Shown here: one piece after another, positions 39,055 through 51,671 of the stretch | How positions within the stretch are numbered: the first letter of the stretch is position 1 | Layout: every line of letters begins with the position of its first letter | Origin: Vicugna vicugna | Taxonomy: Eukaryota | Direction of reading: 5' to 3' | DNA: 64,000 nt | NCBI GenBank assembly: GCA_013265495.1 | Contig: MU058198.1 | Coordinates: 4,166,419-4,230,418, forward strand | The notes under the pieces: generated by a model | What the model was told of the DNA's origin: nothing | Database searches by the model: none | Seen by the model: only the letters and a program-made list of their open reading frames with translations | Made by a program: the position numbers and the translations under genes

Positions 39055-39151
39055 TTTTTTTTTTTTTAACGAGTATTTACAAACCACTTGTTTTTTTGTT
39101 TTTTTTTTAACATTTTTTATTGATTTATAATCATTTTACAATGTTGTGTCA
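39055..39151 (-). mobile_element. Extremely 5'-truncated L1-like 3' end with two poly(A) tracts, flanked by ~20-bp direct repeats
   Basis: ttttttaacattttttattgatttataatcattttacaatgttgtgtca resembles an antisense L1 3' terminus. Direct repeats at 39041-39060 and 39152-39171. Confidence 0.75.
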
Positions 39152-39323
39152 AATGGAAATTGCTATTTCTTAAGGCTTCCATCTGCCCAGAAGTTACACT
39201 GTCTGGTATACAGCGATTGTTCACCTACCTGCTGAAAAGGAAGTGAATTAAAAAATGCAGAGGCATGAAGGTGTCTGTCAAGACTTTCCTCCACAACCTT
39301 CTCAATCATTTTGTCGTTTTAAG

Positions 39324-39534
39324 GGTCGACCTCTTAGTGTGCAGCAGCAGATGATGCAACAGTCTCGTCAACTTGATCCAAACCTGTTGGTGAAGCAACA
39401 GACTCCACCATCTCAGCAGCAGTCACTCCATCAGCCAGCCATGAAGTCCTTCCTGGAAAACGTCATGCCCCACACTACACCTGAGCTGCAGAAAGGGCCG
39501 TCACCAATAAATGCTTTCAGCAACTTCCCTATAG
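39324..39534 (+). CDS. TNRC6A: TNRC6A exon 17 equivalent, 211 nt, GRPLSVQQQ...FSNFPI
   Basis: Acceptor gttttaag|GGTCGA, donor ATAG|gtgagt. Confidence 0.95.
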
Positions 39535-40737
39535 GTGAGTTTCTCCTTGGCCAAAGCATTCCGTGGTGCTTGGCGATCACAGGTTTACATCCTGCTTTCT
39601 TACTTCCAGTTCTGTTCTCGGCTGGACACCAAGCTGCTCTTCAGCTGTTCCCTCTCGGAGAGTTTAACCTCTTCTAGGCTTAGCCTGTCTTTATGCTTCA
39701 GGGAGGGCCTCTATCCATTCGAGAAAATCACACTATTTCAAAAACTCCATGCTTGTTTAAAATGGGTTAGAAAAAAGATAGTATTTCTTTTTAAGCCCCA
39801 GATATCTTAATTGTAGGTTACAAAGGGGAGGGGAGGGCTGAAATTATTAGAAATAGCACACCAGAGAAGTTTTGAACAGTGTTACTTTAAGGTAACAACT
39901 GGGAGCAGTCACAGCTGAAATTTTAATTATTGTTTAAGTAATTTATAAGTGATTACTTGGCATAACTGTAGAAAACAGGGGTGAGAAAAGGGATTCGTTT
40001 CTTGCATTTACAGTAGCTTCCCCCTCTCCTTTTTTCTTAGGGCTCCCAGCTTTTATTCCCTCTGGGAACTTCAGGCATATATGTCTTCTTCCTTAGGTTC
40101 CTTTTCTTCTTATGCCTTTGAATTGAAGGCCTTTGATTTTTTGACCTTTGATTGTTCACTCTCTACTCCCTTTACTTTTTCTTTCTCTCTTTCCCTTACA
40201 ATGGTTTCTTGTAAACCACCTTTGTTGGTTGCTAGCCCAACTTTGTTGAAGATGGTCAGTCAACTAGCATGTTCTGGGCTCGGGGCAGGCCTTGAGGCCT
40301 GCTGTTGTCCCTGCAGCTGCTTCACTCTGGCTGAACCTAATACATGATTTGGCTCTCCCTGGTATTGCCATGGACCCTCAGCTAGGACAGAGCTTGGACT
40401 TCGAGTTTTGGGGGTTGTTGGCAGTCTCTTTGCAATCCCAGAAGCAGTTCCCTTGTCAGTTACTACTGTGGGTGAATACTGTAGAAGCAGGTCATCCCAG
40501 AGGCAACGGTATAGTGGTAGGAGTAAGAGAGTGCCCGAGCATCGTTGAGAGGTCTCAGTAGTGAGAGGAAGTGGCTCTCACTGTTTGATTACATACTGGT
40601 TAGATAAATTGGGCCAATGAGGAGATAAGTTTCTAAATAAGGGATTTCCTATCCTGGCTGGCTTTACAGCAAGAAATACTTTTTTCTGATAAGTAAATCT
40701 GCTTAACCCATGCAAGCACCTGTGTGGTTGTCTGAAT

Positions 40738-40927
40738 CAGGCACTGGCAAACTACAGCCTATTGGTCAAGTTTGGCCAGCTGCCTGATGTTGTAAACAAC
40801 ACAGCGATGCTCTCTGTGGCTGCTTTTGTGCTACAGCAGAGTTGCATAGAGACGCTGAGACCAGGCGACCCATAGAGCCTGAGATAATTACAGTCCATAC
40901 CTGTAGAGAAAAAACTTGCCAACTGTG
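40738..40927 (+). mobile_element. MER58A-like hAT-Charlie MITE
   Basis: caggcactggcaaactacagcc...gagaaaaaacttgccaac. Confidence 0.65.
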
Positions 40928-41955
40928 GGGTCTAACATGAGTCCAGAGAGCTGCAAATTAAATTACTCTCTCCAAAAATAGGGATGATATTAAAGAATTC
41001 GTATTGTTGAAGTTTTTAAGTTTGACCTAGTAACACGTGAACTCTCTTCAGCCCCAAGTATTTAAAACATTTGTTTTCAAACTTTAGACTAACCACCTGG
41101 ATGTGTGTTAAACAAAGATTCTGACTCCCACTGAAAAGTTTTCATTTTTAACAAGCATCTCAGATGATTCTGCTGATAGTGGTCCCTGCAATCACACTTA
41201 AACACTGGCTTAATGGTCAGTTTTCTGTACAGCATCTAACATAGAAATTCCTCTTTGTTCCAATAGAATATCTAAGTCTGATGTGTGCCATCAGCAAAGT
41301 TCAAGTAACTTGCACCTTGGGATATGGGAGCCTTGCCCTTATGTATGATATTAGAGCTGGAATTTGTAGTTTTAAATGACAGTATCCTTTGGCTGGTTAG
41401 CCGGTTGAAAGTTGTTTACAAGCAAACATTAGCAACTAAAAGTGATTTTACATAGTTCTTCATGCATGGTACTCTTGGGAAGCAGCTAAGAGTTACATTT
41501 TATTAGATAAACTTTAATATTGGCTTCCTTAGAATTTTTCTCTTTTTTGCCAAAGAATTTTAAATACTCAATTATATAGAGTAGTTCTTCATAGTTAATG
41601 CAGTTATAGTATTGATGGTTTTATGGCTTGAAACCATTACATTGTTGAGTATTAGACCAGCTATGTAGGATTTGTGTGTGTTGCTCTCTCTCATAACCTA
41701 GCCATGGCTCTTCTCCTGGCATGTTTCTGTGTGACCTTGGCCAGGAGCCCAGGGTGTCTGTTCTGCCTGCCCTGCTTCTGTGTGTGATCATTTGGCTGTT
41801 CCATGTCTGCAGGATGATGTTTATTAAGGAACATTAGGCAAGACTGAAAACACTAGATTAGCTGCATATGTTTTTCTAGAAAATGGAAGTTGTGGTACCA
41901 AGGAAAACATACTGTATTTTATAAAGTGTTTTTTAAATTATTATTTTATTTTTAG

Positions 41956-42087
41956 GCTTGAACTCAAACTTGAATGTAAATATGGATATGAATAGTATTA
42001 AAGAGCCACAGTCAAGACTAAGGAAGTGGACTACAGTGGACAGCATTTCTGTGAACACATCTTTGGATCAAAACTCCAGCAAACATG
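41956..42087 (+). CDS. TNRC6A: TNRC6A exon 18 equivalent, 132 nt, GLNSNLNVN...EPQSRLRKW (CCR4-NOT-interacting motif region)...SSKH
   Basis: Acceptor atttttag|GCTTGA, donor CATG|gtataa. Confidence 0.95.
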
Positions 42088-44576
42088 GTATAAAAATACT
42101 TATATTTTGCCTTTTTAAAAAAGCTAGAATACTAAATTTAGACCTTTATTCTGTTTTAAATGCATATTTTAAAAGCCAAATTCTCTTGGAACCTTTCCTT
42201 GTTATTAAAAAGTGCTTTTATTAGTTATTAAATGTTAGTTTAAAAAACTGACCTTTATTATGCTATTATGCAAAATAGAGATCAGATTATACATTTATTA
42301 TTTTTAATTACTCCTTTAGATGGTCAGTCATTTAGTATTTTGCTATTATTTTATTGTCCTAATGTTCTACTTAACACTTACTCAGTTTAATCTGATGTCA
42401 AGTGTTAAAAACTTTCACCATAATTTGACTTCTGTCAGTTTCTTGTATATTGACATATTTTCTTTATGTATTTTGTTGTGTGTTTAATCATATAGATTCT
42501 GTATTATTGTCTTCTTAAATTTTTTTTAGAAATATCATCTTCATATTACTATAATATTAAGCCATTCATCTAGCAGATGTTAATGGAATATCTTCTGCTT
42601 TCCAAGGACTGTGCTAGGTCACTTGGAATATATAGATACATATGTACAGACGTGCACACAGTTGAGTGTACATAAGCAAGTAAAATTACTTGCCCTGAAG
42701 GAGCTCATTGTTTGGTAGCAAAAATAAACATGTAAATAGCTTGAGCACACCGTGATAGGAACTATAAACGTTAATACATGTATTAGCACAAATCCAATAA
42801 GAATGTGAAATCCACTGGAGGAGTGAGTGGGGCCAACAAACCAGGGGTGTGGCAGGTCTGGAAAGGCTTTATACAGGGACTTATCTGAACTGAGGCTTCA
42901 AGTGTACCAAACAAGTAGAGAAAGAGCAAGGAGAGTGTGAAAAGTTCAAAGACAGAACAAGCTGGTGGGTTCTGTTGTGTGGGCATGTCTAGAAGTGAAG
43001 GTGCCAATGAGAGAAAAGAGAAGGATGCAGGTAGACGGTAGGTATGGAGCCACCATGAAAACTTTTGTTCCGAAAATTATTTTAAACATGAAAGTGGTGG
43101 AGATCTGGAGGCACATAAGACTTAAAGAAATCCGAGGGAGAAAGAGGGCAATGGACATGAGGGGGGCATGCACTGAAGAGAGTGTTAGAATTAAGGACAA
43201 AAGAGGCTTGATAACTAACTTATTCTGCGTGTACACGATTATCTGTAATTTGCCTCCAGTGCCTCTCGCCTCTCTCAGTCCAACCCCTGTACCTTAAAGA
43301 CTGGGCTCAAGAGTCATTTCCAAGAAGCCTCCTCCAGGCTTTGTGCTCAAGTAGCACCTCTTGATATATATATAGATACGTCTTGTGTGGGTATCCATTT
43401 AGACCTGTCTCCATCACATGATGTAAACTCCTGGAGGACAGCGCCCGTGCTTGGCCTGCCTGTAGCCCCACCGAGCACACTGCAGTGTTTGGGGAACATT
43501 TGCTCAGTGAAAGGCCGAGTGGACCGTGATGCAGTTAATGGTAGAGTAAAGGCAGGAGACAAAGCAGGCCTGCTGTGTCAAATAATGAATGAATTCTAGA
43601 CTTGTTGAGTGTGATATTTGGGGGATAGCCTAACGTGGAAAAGCCCAGTAAGAAATTAGAAATAGAGGCCTAGTACTTAGAAGAAAAATCTGGGCCAGAG
43701 GAAGATTTGGTGTTCATCAGAACGTCGACATCATGGACACGTGTGTCAGGTTGATTCAGAGAGACGGGAACAAGGGCAGTAGTGGTGAAGCACCTGGAAA
43801 AGAATGGCGGGAGAGATAGGACTTGAGACACAGAAAAATGTTTCTGCCATATGGTTTTCTGTCTTCTCGGGTTAAAATGATTTCTCCAGTGTCTTTTGCA
43901 TGTCTGAGCCCCATTTTCTTTGTAACGGTGAAATGTCGTCTTCCTTCCGGCGCTCTCGTCAGTGTGATGTATATCACATTCAGTGTACTTTCAGAGGGCG
44001 TACGGGTAAATAGTACGCGTTACGTAAATGGGGTGTCACCGTGCAGCATAGGTTTTGAAGTCAGATAGACTTGATTTGACCCCAGTTCTTAAAACTCTTA
44101 AGGCCACGGAATTTGCATATGTAAAATGGAAGGGATACACTGTAGAATTGTTGAGGATTGAACGAAATAATAACTATTAAGCTCCTATCTCATTGCCTGG
44201 CACTGGACATGCAGGTAGTAGGCAGTGGTGTCTTCTTACAAGCAGCCTATTATCATAGATTTGTTTTTCATTCAATTCAATTAATAATTTTATGTTTTTT
44301 TTTTTAGTTTTTAATTTTATGTTTGTATTTTATCTTCTCTTTTAAAACAATTATTTTTATCCTTTTTTTCACTGTTCATTTCATTGCATAGACTGTTTCC
44401 TTCTGCATAAATCTGGAATGTGAGGAGGGAATTTTTAAGGTTTTTAGTAATTAGCATAAACAATAAATATTTTTATTCCTGTAATATAGCAGTCTACAGA
44501 ACACATTCTGTTAAGGTTCTCTTTCCAGAATAAGAAGGTTGATGATTTTCCTTTACTTCAGTCTAGGTTCCTACTG

Positions 44577-45950
44577 TTTTTTTAATTGATGTATAGTTAA
44601 TGTACAATATTATATGTTTCAGGTGTACAATATAGTGATTCACAATCTTTAAAAGTTATACTCCATTTATAGTTATTATAAAATAGTGGCTACATTCCCT
44701 GTGTTGTGCAGTATATACTGAAGCTTATTTTATATCTAATAGTTTGTACTGTTGATCCCCTACTCCCGTGTTGCCCCTCCCTACTTTGCTCTCCTCACTG
44801 GTGACCACTGGTTTGTTCTGTGTCTGTGAGTCTGTTTGTTTTTTGTTAGATTATCTAGTTTGTTGATATCATACAGTATTTGTCTTTCTGTCTGACTTAC
44901 TTCACTTAGCACGATAAGCCTCCATGTCCATCCATGTTGTTGCAAATGGCGGGACTTCATGGCTGAGTATTCCAGTGTGTGTGTGTACACATCTTCTTTA
45001 TCCATTCATCTCTTGATGGACACTTAGGTTGTTTCCATATCTTGGTAATGTAAGTAGTGCTACTTCCAACATTTGGTACATGTATTTTTTTGAATTAGTG
45101 TTTTTGGGGTTTTTTTAGGGGGGGTTATATACCCAGGAGTGGAATTGCTGGGTCATGTGGTAGTTCTGTTTTTAGTTTTTTAAGAAACTGCCATACTGTT
45201 TTCCACAGTGGCTGCACCAGTTTACATTCCCACCAACAGTGTGTGAGGGTTCCCTTTTCTCCACATCCCCGCCAGCGTTTGTTATTTGTGTTCTTTTGGA
45301 TGATGGCCATTATGACAGTTGTGAGGTGATACCTCATTGTGGTTTTGATTTGCATTTCCCTGATGATTAGCTGTGTTGAGCATCTTTTCATGTGCCTGCT
45401 GGCCATCTGCATTTCCTTTTTGGAAAAAAGTCTATTCAGGTCTTTTGCCCATTTTAAAAATCAGATTGTTTTCTAAATGTTGAGTTGTATGAGTTGTTTA
45501 CTATCCAAAATATATAAACCCCTTTATCAGTCATATCGTTTGCAAATATTGTCTTCCATTCATTAAGTTGTCTTTTAGTTTTGTTAATTGTTTCCTTTGC
45601 TGTATAAAAGCTTTGAAGTTTAATTAGGTCCCATTTGTTTGTTTTTGCTTTTATTTCTTTTGTTTTAGGAAACAGATCCAAAAAATATTGCTACAATTTA
45701 CGTCAAAGAGTGTTCTGCCTATGTTTCCTTCTAGGAGTCTTAACGGCTTTCGTTCTTACATTTAGGTCTTTAATCCATTTTGAGTTTATATCTATATATG
45801 GTGTTAGAAAGTGTTCTAATGGCCTATTGTTCATTCTTTTACCTGGAGCTGTCCAGTTTTCCTAGTCCCCCTTATTGAAGAGACTGACTTTTCTCCATTG
45901 TATATTCCTGCCTCCTTTGTCATAGATTAATTGACCATGAGTGCGTGGTT
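44577..45950 (-). mobile_element. 5'-truncated LINE-1 (~1.4 kb): ORF2 C-terminus plus 3'UTR
   Basis: Minus-strand ORF fragments KINKWDLIKL-like and [32 protein letters not shown], typical of the L1 ORF2p C-terminus, broken by frameshifts and stops; T-run at the left end. Confidence 0.95.
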
Positions 45951-47483
45951 TTATTCTACTATCCTTAATTTACTTAATTTGACATCTTGAAACTTTGTCA
46001 TTATTTTTCTTTTTGTTTTTAAAATTATTTTCTTATTAATAATACAAATTTCTTAATTTTTGTCTGCTTCCCCAGCCCGCAAACATTCCCATTTTCTTTG
46101 CTATAGCAGGTGCTTATAACGTACCTTAACCAGCCCAAGGCTAGTAGTTTCCTTTCATGGGTGTTATTTTTACTTCTCCAGGCTTTTACTTTATCCCTTA
46201 AAATCAAGAATGTTTGATAGAATTTCTTCTGTTTGATTGCTTTTATTCTTCATTGCTGTATATTTTTCCTCCCTGGTAAAAATGACCTTAAAAATACACC
46301 TTGACCTGCTGTGGTTTTGGTCTTCATCTCTTGGAAGAAAGACCAGGTTAGTTTTATATCTGTATATAAGCGCTTTCCAAATTTCAAGTCTTAAAATGTT
46401 GACTTTTTTTTTAAAAGGCTTTTCAGTTTGTTTAAAGAAAGTGCTTTTTCTTATCATAGTAACTCTATAGTTACTTATGCAGTATTTTCTCCCAGAGCTG
46501 TTCCTTTTTGCTCCGTGACTCTTTTCCTTCTCTTGCTATTTCTCTGTCTCTCTTCTGGTAGAGACTTAGAATCTTCTTCTCAGGCATATTTTGTTTGTTT
46601 GCTTTTATTTTTCTTTTCTTTATATTATAAAAAATAGAGAAATGTTAATCATCCTATTTCCATTAATATTTTGGTGTAGTTTCTTTTTCCTTTATAACAA
46701 TAAAATTGGCATCTAACTATGTATTTCAGGAAAGAGCTCAAAACTGCCAGTTTGTGTTACATTTTGTTAGATCCTCACTATTTTTAAAGTAAATTTTTTG
46801 AACCAGTATCTCTTTAAACATTCAGAAAATTTTATATAAAAATTCAGATTTGGGGCATCTGTAGAAATAAGAGTCTGCCAGCAGCAAGCTCCAAAACAGT
46901 GTCTCCCCCTGACCCCCAGCCCGGAGTTAAGTGGCTGCTGCCCTTGTGCTTGCTGGCTCACGGCCATTCCCTTCTTTTTGACTGATGGTAGTGTCTATAG
47001 CCACTTACCTTTGCATTTATTTGGTGGGAGTGTTTTGTTTGTTTTGTTTTGTTTTGTTTTTCTTCCCATTCCCCTCACACCTCTGCCTTCCCTCCCGTTG
47101 GTAGAGAGAGCTTTTCCTGTACTCCATAACCAAAGAAATACTTCCCTATCATCATGTTTCTATCTGAATAAGGACCATGGGGTTTTTTCCTGTAGGCACC
47201 TTGCATCTCTTGTTTGTAAACCTGATTGGCATCAGTGGCGTTTGTATTTCCACATGTTGGTAAATGGGGGCTGTTGTCCCACAGCAGCAGAGTGGTGCAG
47301 AGGTCGTTTTTTAAGGGGGGTGGTCTGATAGCAACATTCAGGCTCACATCAGAGATGAGCTGAGCCTGGGATTGGAGAGTCCTGTGGGGAAGTCTTGGAT
47401 GCCTCTGACAGTTTGCATCACAATCTGAGGTAGGTACTATTTTTATCCCCACTTAGCGAAGCTTAGAGAGCTAGTATCATAGT

Positions 47484-48103
47484 TGTGGGAGAAGAAAGGG
47501 CACATTCAAGAAAACCTTCTGTGTCAGAGGTCCCCACATATGCTGACTTGCTGGGAGAACTCACGAAACTCAGAAAAGCTGTAATAATTCTCATGGTTTA
47601 TTATAGCAAAAGAGTACAGATTCAAATCAGCAAAGGAAAAGGCGCATGGGACAGAGTCCAGGAGAGGCTTTTTGTGTCCCCTCTCAGTGGAGTCTCACAG
47701 ATTGAATTCTCCTAGCAATAACCTGTGAAAACGTGTAGAAAGATGGCCAACCAGAGAAGCTCATCCAGGCCTCAATGTCCTCAGTCTTTATCAAGGGTCA
47801 GCTCTGTAACATGGAGCACACTTGTGTGATTGATCTTAGCTGCTCAATCTGCAACCTCCTGTAGACCCCTTGGAATTCAGATAAAAACAGCATGACCCAG
47901 GCCCCAGGTGAACAAAAACAGATGTTCACCATAAATCACGTTGTTGTAAATTCTCTGGCATGGTCAAGGGCCAAGGTATGCAAAAGAACTCTTATCTGGC
48001 AGGATATTCTCTGAGCTAGAGGAGCCCAGGAGCCATCAAGGGCTAGTCCTGAAGCTCTTTGCAGCGTGCAGTCTAGCCCTGCTGTGCTAATCCTTTACTG
48101 CAC
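47484..48103. mobile_element. Solo LTR, MER21/MER77-like
   Basis: ggtttattatagcaaaagagtacagattcaaatcagcaaaggaaaaggcgcatgggacagagtccagg resembles the recalled consensus; TG...CA-like ends. Confidence 0.6.
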
Positions 48104-50748
48104 GCCTTCCAGAGTCAGAAAAACCAGGTTTGTTAAGGAAAGTAGAATGGAGTGGAGGCATGGACGTTGAGGGAGTTGTGAGTCAAGTAAGGACTGGGCT
48201 GGGGTATGTATCTGTGATGCTTTATGTAAAATTCTGTGACTTCAAAGCAGTTTATAAAATCCTTGTCCCCTCCTCAATGCCCAGAGAAAAGTACAATGTT
48301 CAGGAGAGGGGGTGCGTTTATTTCAGTCTTGGAGTTGAAGAAGGCAGTTGGAAAAGGCTTCTGGAAGGCCTCTGATCTCTTAAGTTGAGATATGAAAGAT
48401 AAATAGGATTCAGCAGGCAGAGGTGGAAGGAGGGGGAACCATGAGAGGTGAGCAGAGGCTAGAGTTTTAAGAACCTGAAAGAGTAGCATATAGAAGAATT
48501 TGATTGTTTCCCTTTCTGTAATGGTGAACTGAGAAGTGACATGACCAGATTTGCATTTTTGAAAGATTACTCTGGCTGCAGACTGAAGATCTGGGGAGTG
48601 GACATGGACAGAGTGATCAGCTGGGAAACTTTACTTACCTGATCCCAGAGTTTGATCAAATGAGAGATGACAGTGGCCTGACCTGGAGTAGTCGTTATTC
48701 AAACGCTGTGTGATCCTTTCCCAATATATACAAATAGCGAATCATTGTCACACACCTGAAACTAATACGTTACATGTCAGTAATATCTCAATAAAATTTT
48801 TTAAAAAGAAATGAAGATTAAACGTATAAGTTATAAAGGCACCCACTAAACAAAGGCTATAAGCCTTCTGCCATTACAGAGAAAAATAAAAAACGAATCA
48901 ACATTTTCAGAAGTTTTAAAGAATCTGTAAAGAAATAGAAGGCATCATATAAAATAACATGAGAGAACTAAGACTAAATTATGTCAGTTTGATAAATGCA
49001 AGTGGGTCGAACTAATTTGTAAACTCCAACTCTGTGCTGCATACATTGGACCCCGAACAAAATAATTCAGTGATCTTTGCAGTAACAAGGGGAGTGAAAG
49101 GAGCTATGTAGGAAGCCAAATTGTTGGGGCTGAGTGATTTTAAAGTAATAGAGAGGGAGGAGCCGGAGGGACTTGTTTCTTGAGTTAAGCAACATCAAAT
49201 ATATGTTCCTCTGATTAGTATTAAAAGAGTATTTTGTGACATTCATTCCTTTCCTTTTTGGATTTTATCTTGAAACTTTGAGTAGACTTGGCTCAAATGT
49301 TGCTTTGCTGATTTGTACACATTGGACTGATGATTATCAGAACTTGAAGGTGAAATTGTCATGTAATAGAAAGAACATTAGACCATAAATCAAGCAGACT
49401 GGGATTCTAAGCAGAATCTGCCACTCAGTAGAGTATCACATTTGAAATTTTGCTTAAGAGTCAGGGTAGGAACTGAGACGTTGGCAAAAGGGCAAAATGA
49501 ATATGGGCTCTGGAATTGACACCTGGCCCTGCTCCGAATTAGCTGTGCTGCTTATTAGCTACTGGCAAGTAACAGCCTTTCTGAACCTCGGTCCCCTGGC
49601 TGTTAAGTGGGAATAATGATGATACCTCTTGTGTTTTGAGGCTGAATAAGGCAGTACCTCTGAAGCACTTAAGCACTGGAGCAGGCTTAGATGTGTGTTG
49701 TTGCTGCCTTCGTTGTTATCTCATGAGATGCCCCACGTCTGAGACAGTGCCATTTCTCCAGTGCAGATCTCCAGTGTGAGTCTGTTTGCTCAGGCTAAAC
49801 CTACCACATAAATTTTAAGTTTTATTTTTCTGATGCCCTCCCATGCAGTGATTAATACAATATAATTGGGCCATGGCTGCCAGTTATGTCAAATCTATTT
49901 TCCTTTTTTATAAAGAGAAGTTTTAATAAGTAAGAATTGTTTTATAAAGGAAATGCTTTTATCATCACCGGTTCTCACATAAGAATTAATCACTTGAAAT
50001 TTGGCAACTATGCTTACTTACTATTTTATTCACAACTACTGCTTTATAGATACATCCCATTTTATTTCCAAGTGGTTTTCATTCAGCTTACAAAAAAGAT
50101 ACATAGTTCACTCAAATAAAAGTAATAACTAGATAAGGAAGCCAGAGAAGAGAGGGAATGGAATTGGTAGAATAACTAAATCAAGTCTGGGATGGGTTAG
50201 TGCCCACCAGCGTGTATACATACCCCCCCCCAGTTCAGGATCTTTCAATGACAAGCATTTAAAACAAAAGCTGCTTGGTCGTCTCTGCTCTTCAAGACCA
50301 GGGCCCCACTCCTTCACCTTGTTCTCTCTCCCACTTACTGTTTTTCAGACAAAATGGCCTTCCAGTTCCTCACATGTGCCAAGCAGTCCTTCCCCTCGTC
50401 GTTGTGCAGGCCGCACCCACTGCCTAGCGTCTTCTTCCCCAGCCCTTTACATGCCGGCGCTGCCCCCCTCCTTGCCACACACTCCTTCTGCTCTCTGTCC
50501 GTCTACTTGGCTGTTTGTTAGAATACTGTCACTGAGGGCAAGGACCCCATTCGTATCGGGGCGTGGAAGTGACTGAAGTCTGGAAGGAAGCACAGGGCTT
50601 CCTCTCCTCCTCGCTCTTCACATAACCCACGGTGCCCAGTTTGGAGCACACAGATCTAACAAAGTTTACTTACTATATTTGACAAACTGCAAGAAATGAA
50701 TGCGGTAGTGTATTTTGCTCACAGTTGACTACCATTTTCTGTTTCTAG

Positions 50749-50907
50749 GTGCTATTTCAAGTGGTTTCAGGCTGGAAGAGTCTCCATTTGTTCCCTACGA
50801 CTTTATGAACAGCAGTACTTCACCAGCCAGTCCTCCAGGTTCAATAGGAGATGGCTGGCCACGTGCCAAATCGCCTAATGGCTCTAGCAGTGTTAACTGG
50901 CCACCAG
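50749..50907 (+). CDS. TNRC6A: TNRC6A exon 19 equivalent, 159 nt, GAISSGF...SVNWPP (first half of PAM2)
   Basis: Acceptor gtttctag|GTGCTA, donor CCAG|gtaaaa. Confidence 0.95.
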
Positions 50908-51530
50908 GTAAAATGCCAGCAGCTTCTTTCATGAGCGTTTGTTTCCATTAAGATTTTGTTACCTCTAGTTGTGGTCATGATTTGGCCACAATTCAGTGTG
51001 ACTGGACTGAACTACACTAAGGATGGAGGAGAATGCAGAAATGACCCCTGAGACGTTGAGCACCAAGGCTGGGCTGATGAGTGTACCTGGCCTTTGTGCT
51101 CCCAGCTCCGAAGGTGGGTTAGTTCCGCTGGCGGCACAAAGGATCCTATAAACCCTCGTTCATCGTTCTTCTCCAGCTGTGTCCAGGAACTGGCTCGACC
51201 ATATTTTCATTTGCTGAGGAATCACTAGAAATGCATCTGTGACCTCTGTCCTATCCAGATTGCTACGGCTTTAAGTTCTGTAATAAAGCACTTTGAAATC
51301 TTACTGTTTAGAGATATATTATACCCATTAAAATTACTCCATGCATCAATTTGTAAGTGTTCATAAATAACAGCTCATAATAATTGTAATATTGAGTCAG
51401 CCTGTTATGGCGTTGGTATTGGTTGGAAATATTTGAGAATTGTGTAGACTTTAGGGATAAAAATTTGGGATAACTAATGGACTCTTGGATGATGATTAAG
51501 CCTGAACTAATTTTACATTTTTATTTCCAG

Positions 51531-51671
51531 AATTTCGCCCTGGTGAACCATGGAAAGGTTATCCAAACATTGACCCTGAAACTGACCCTTACGTCACTCC
51601 TGGCAGTGTCATAAACAATCTTTCAATTAATACTGTGCGGGAAGTTGACCACCTCAGGGACAGGAACAGTG
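51531..51671 (+). CDS. TNRC6A: TNRC6A exon 20 equivalent, 141 nt, [16 protein letters not shown]...RDRNS (second half of PAM2)
   Basis: Acceptor tatttccag|AATTTC, donor AGTG|gtatgt. Confidence 0.95.

Noticed and set aside
39506..39511. AATAAA within exon 17
   Set aside because: Explained by the codons for P-I-N; no supporting downstream element before the donor.
40097..40254. Sense-strand poison exon (ccttag|G ... ATG|gtcagt, 158 nt)
   Set aside because: The body is extremely U-rich and unlike an exon; splice-like motifs are expected by chance in pyrimidine tracts.
45125..45681. Active L1 ORF2
   Set aside because: Only the C-terminal part is present, with frameshifts and stops; no endonuclease or RT domain.
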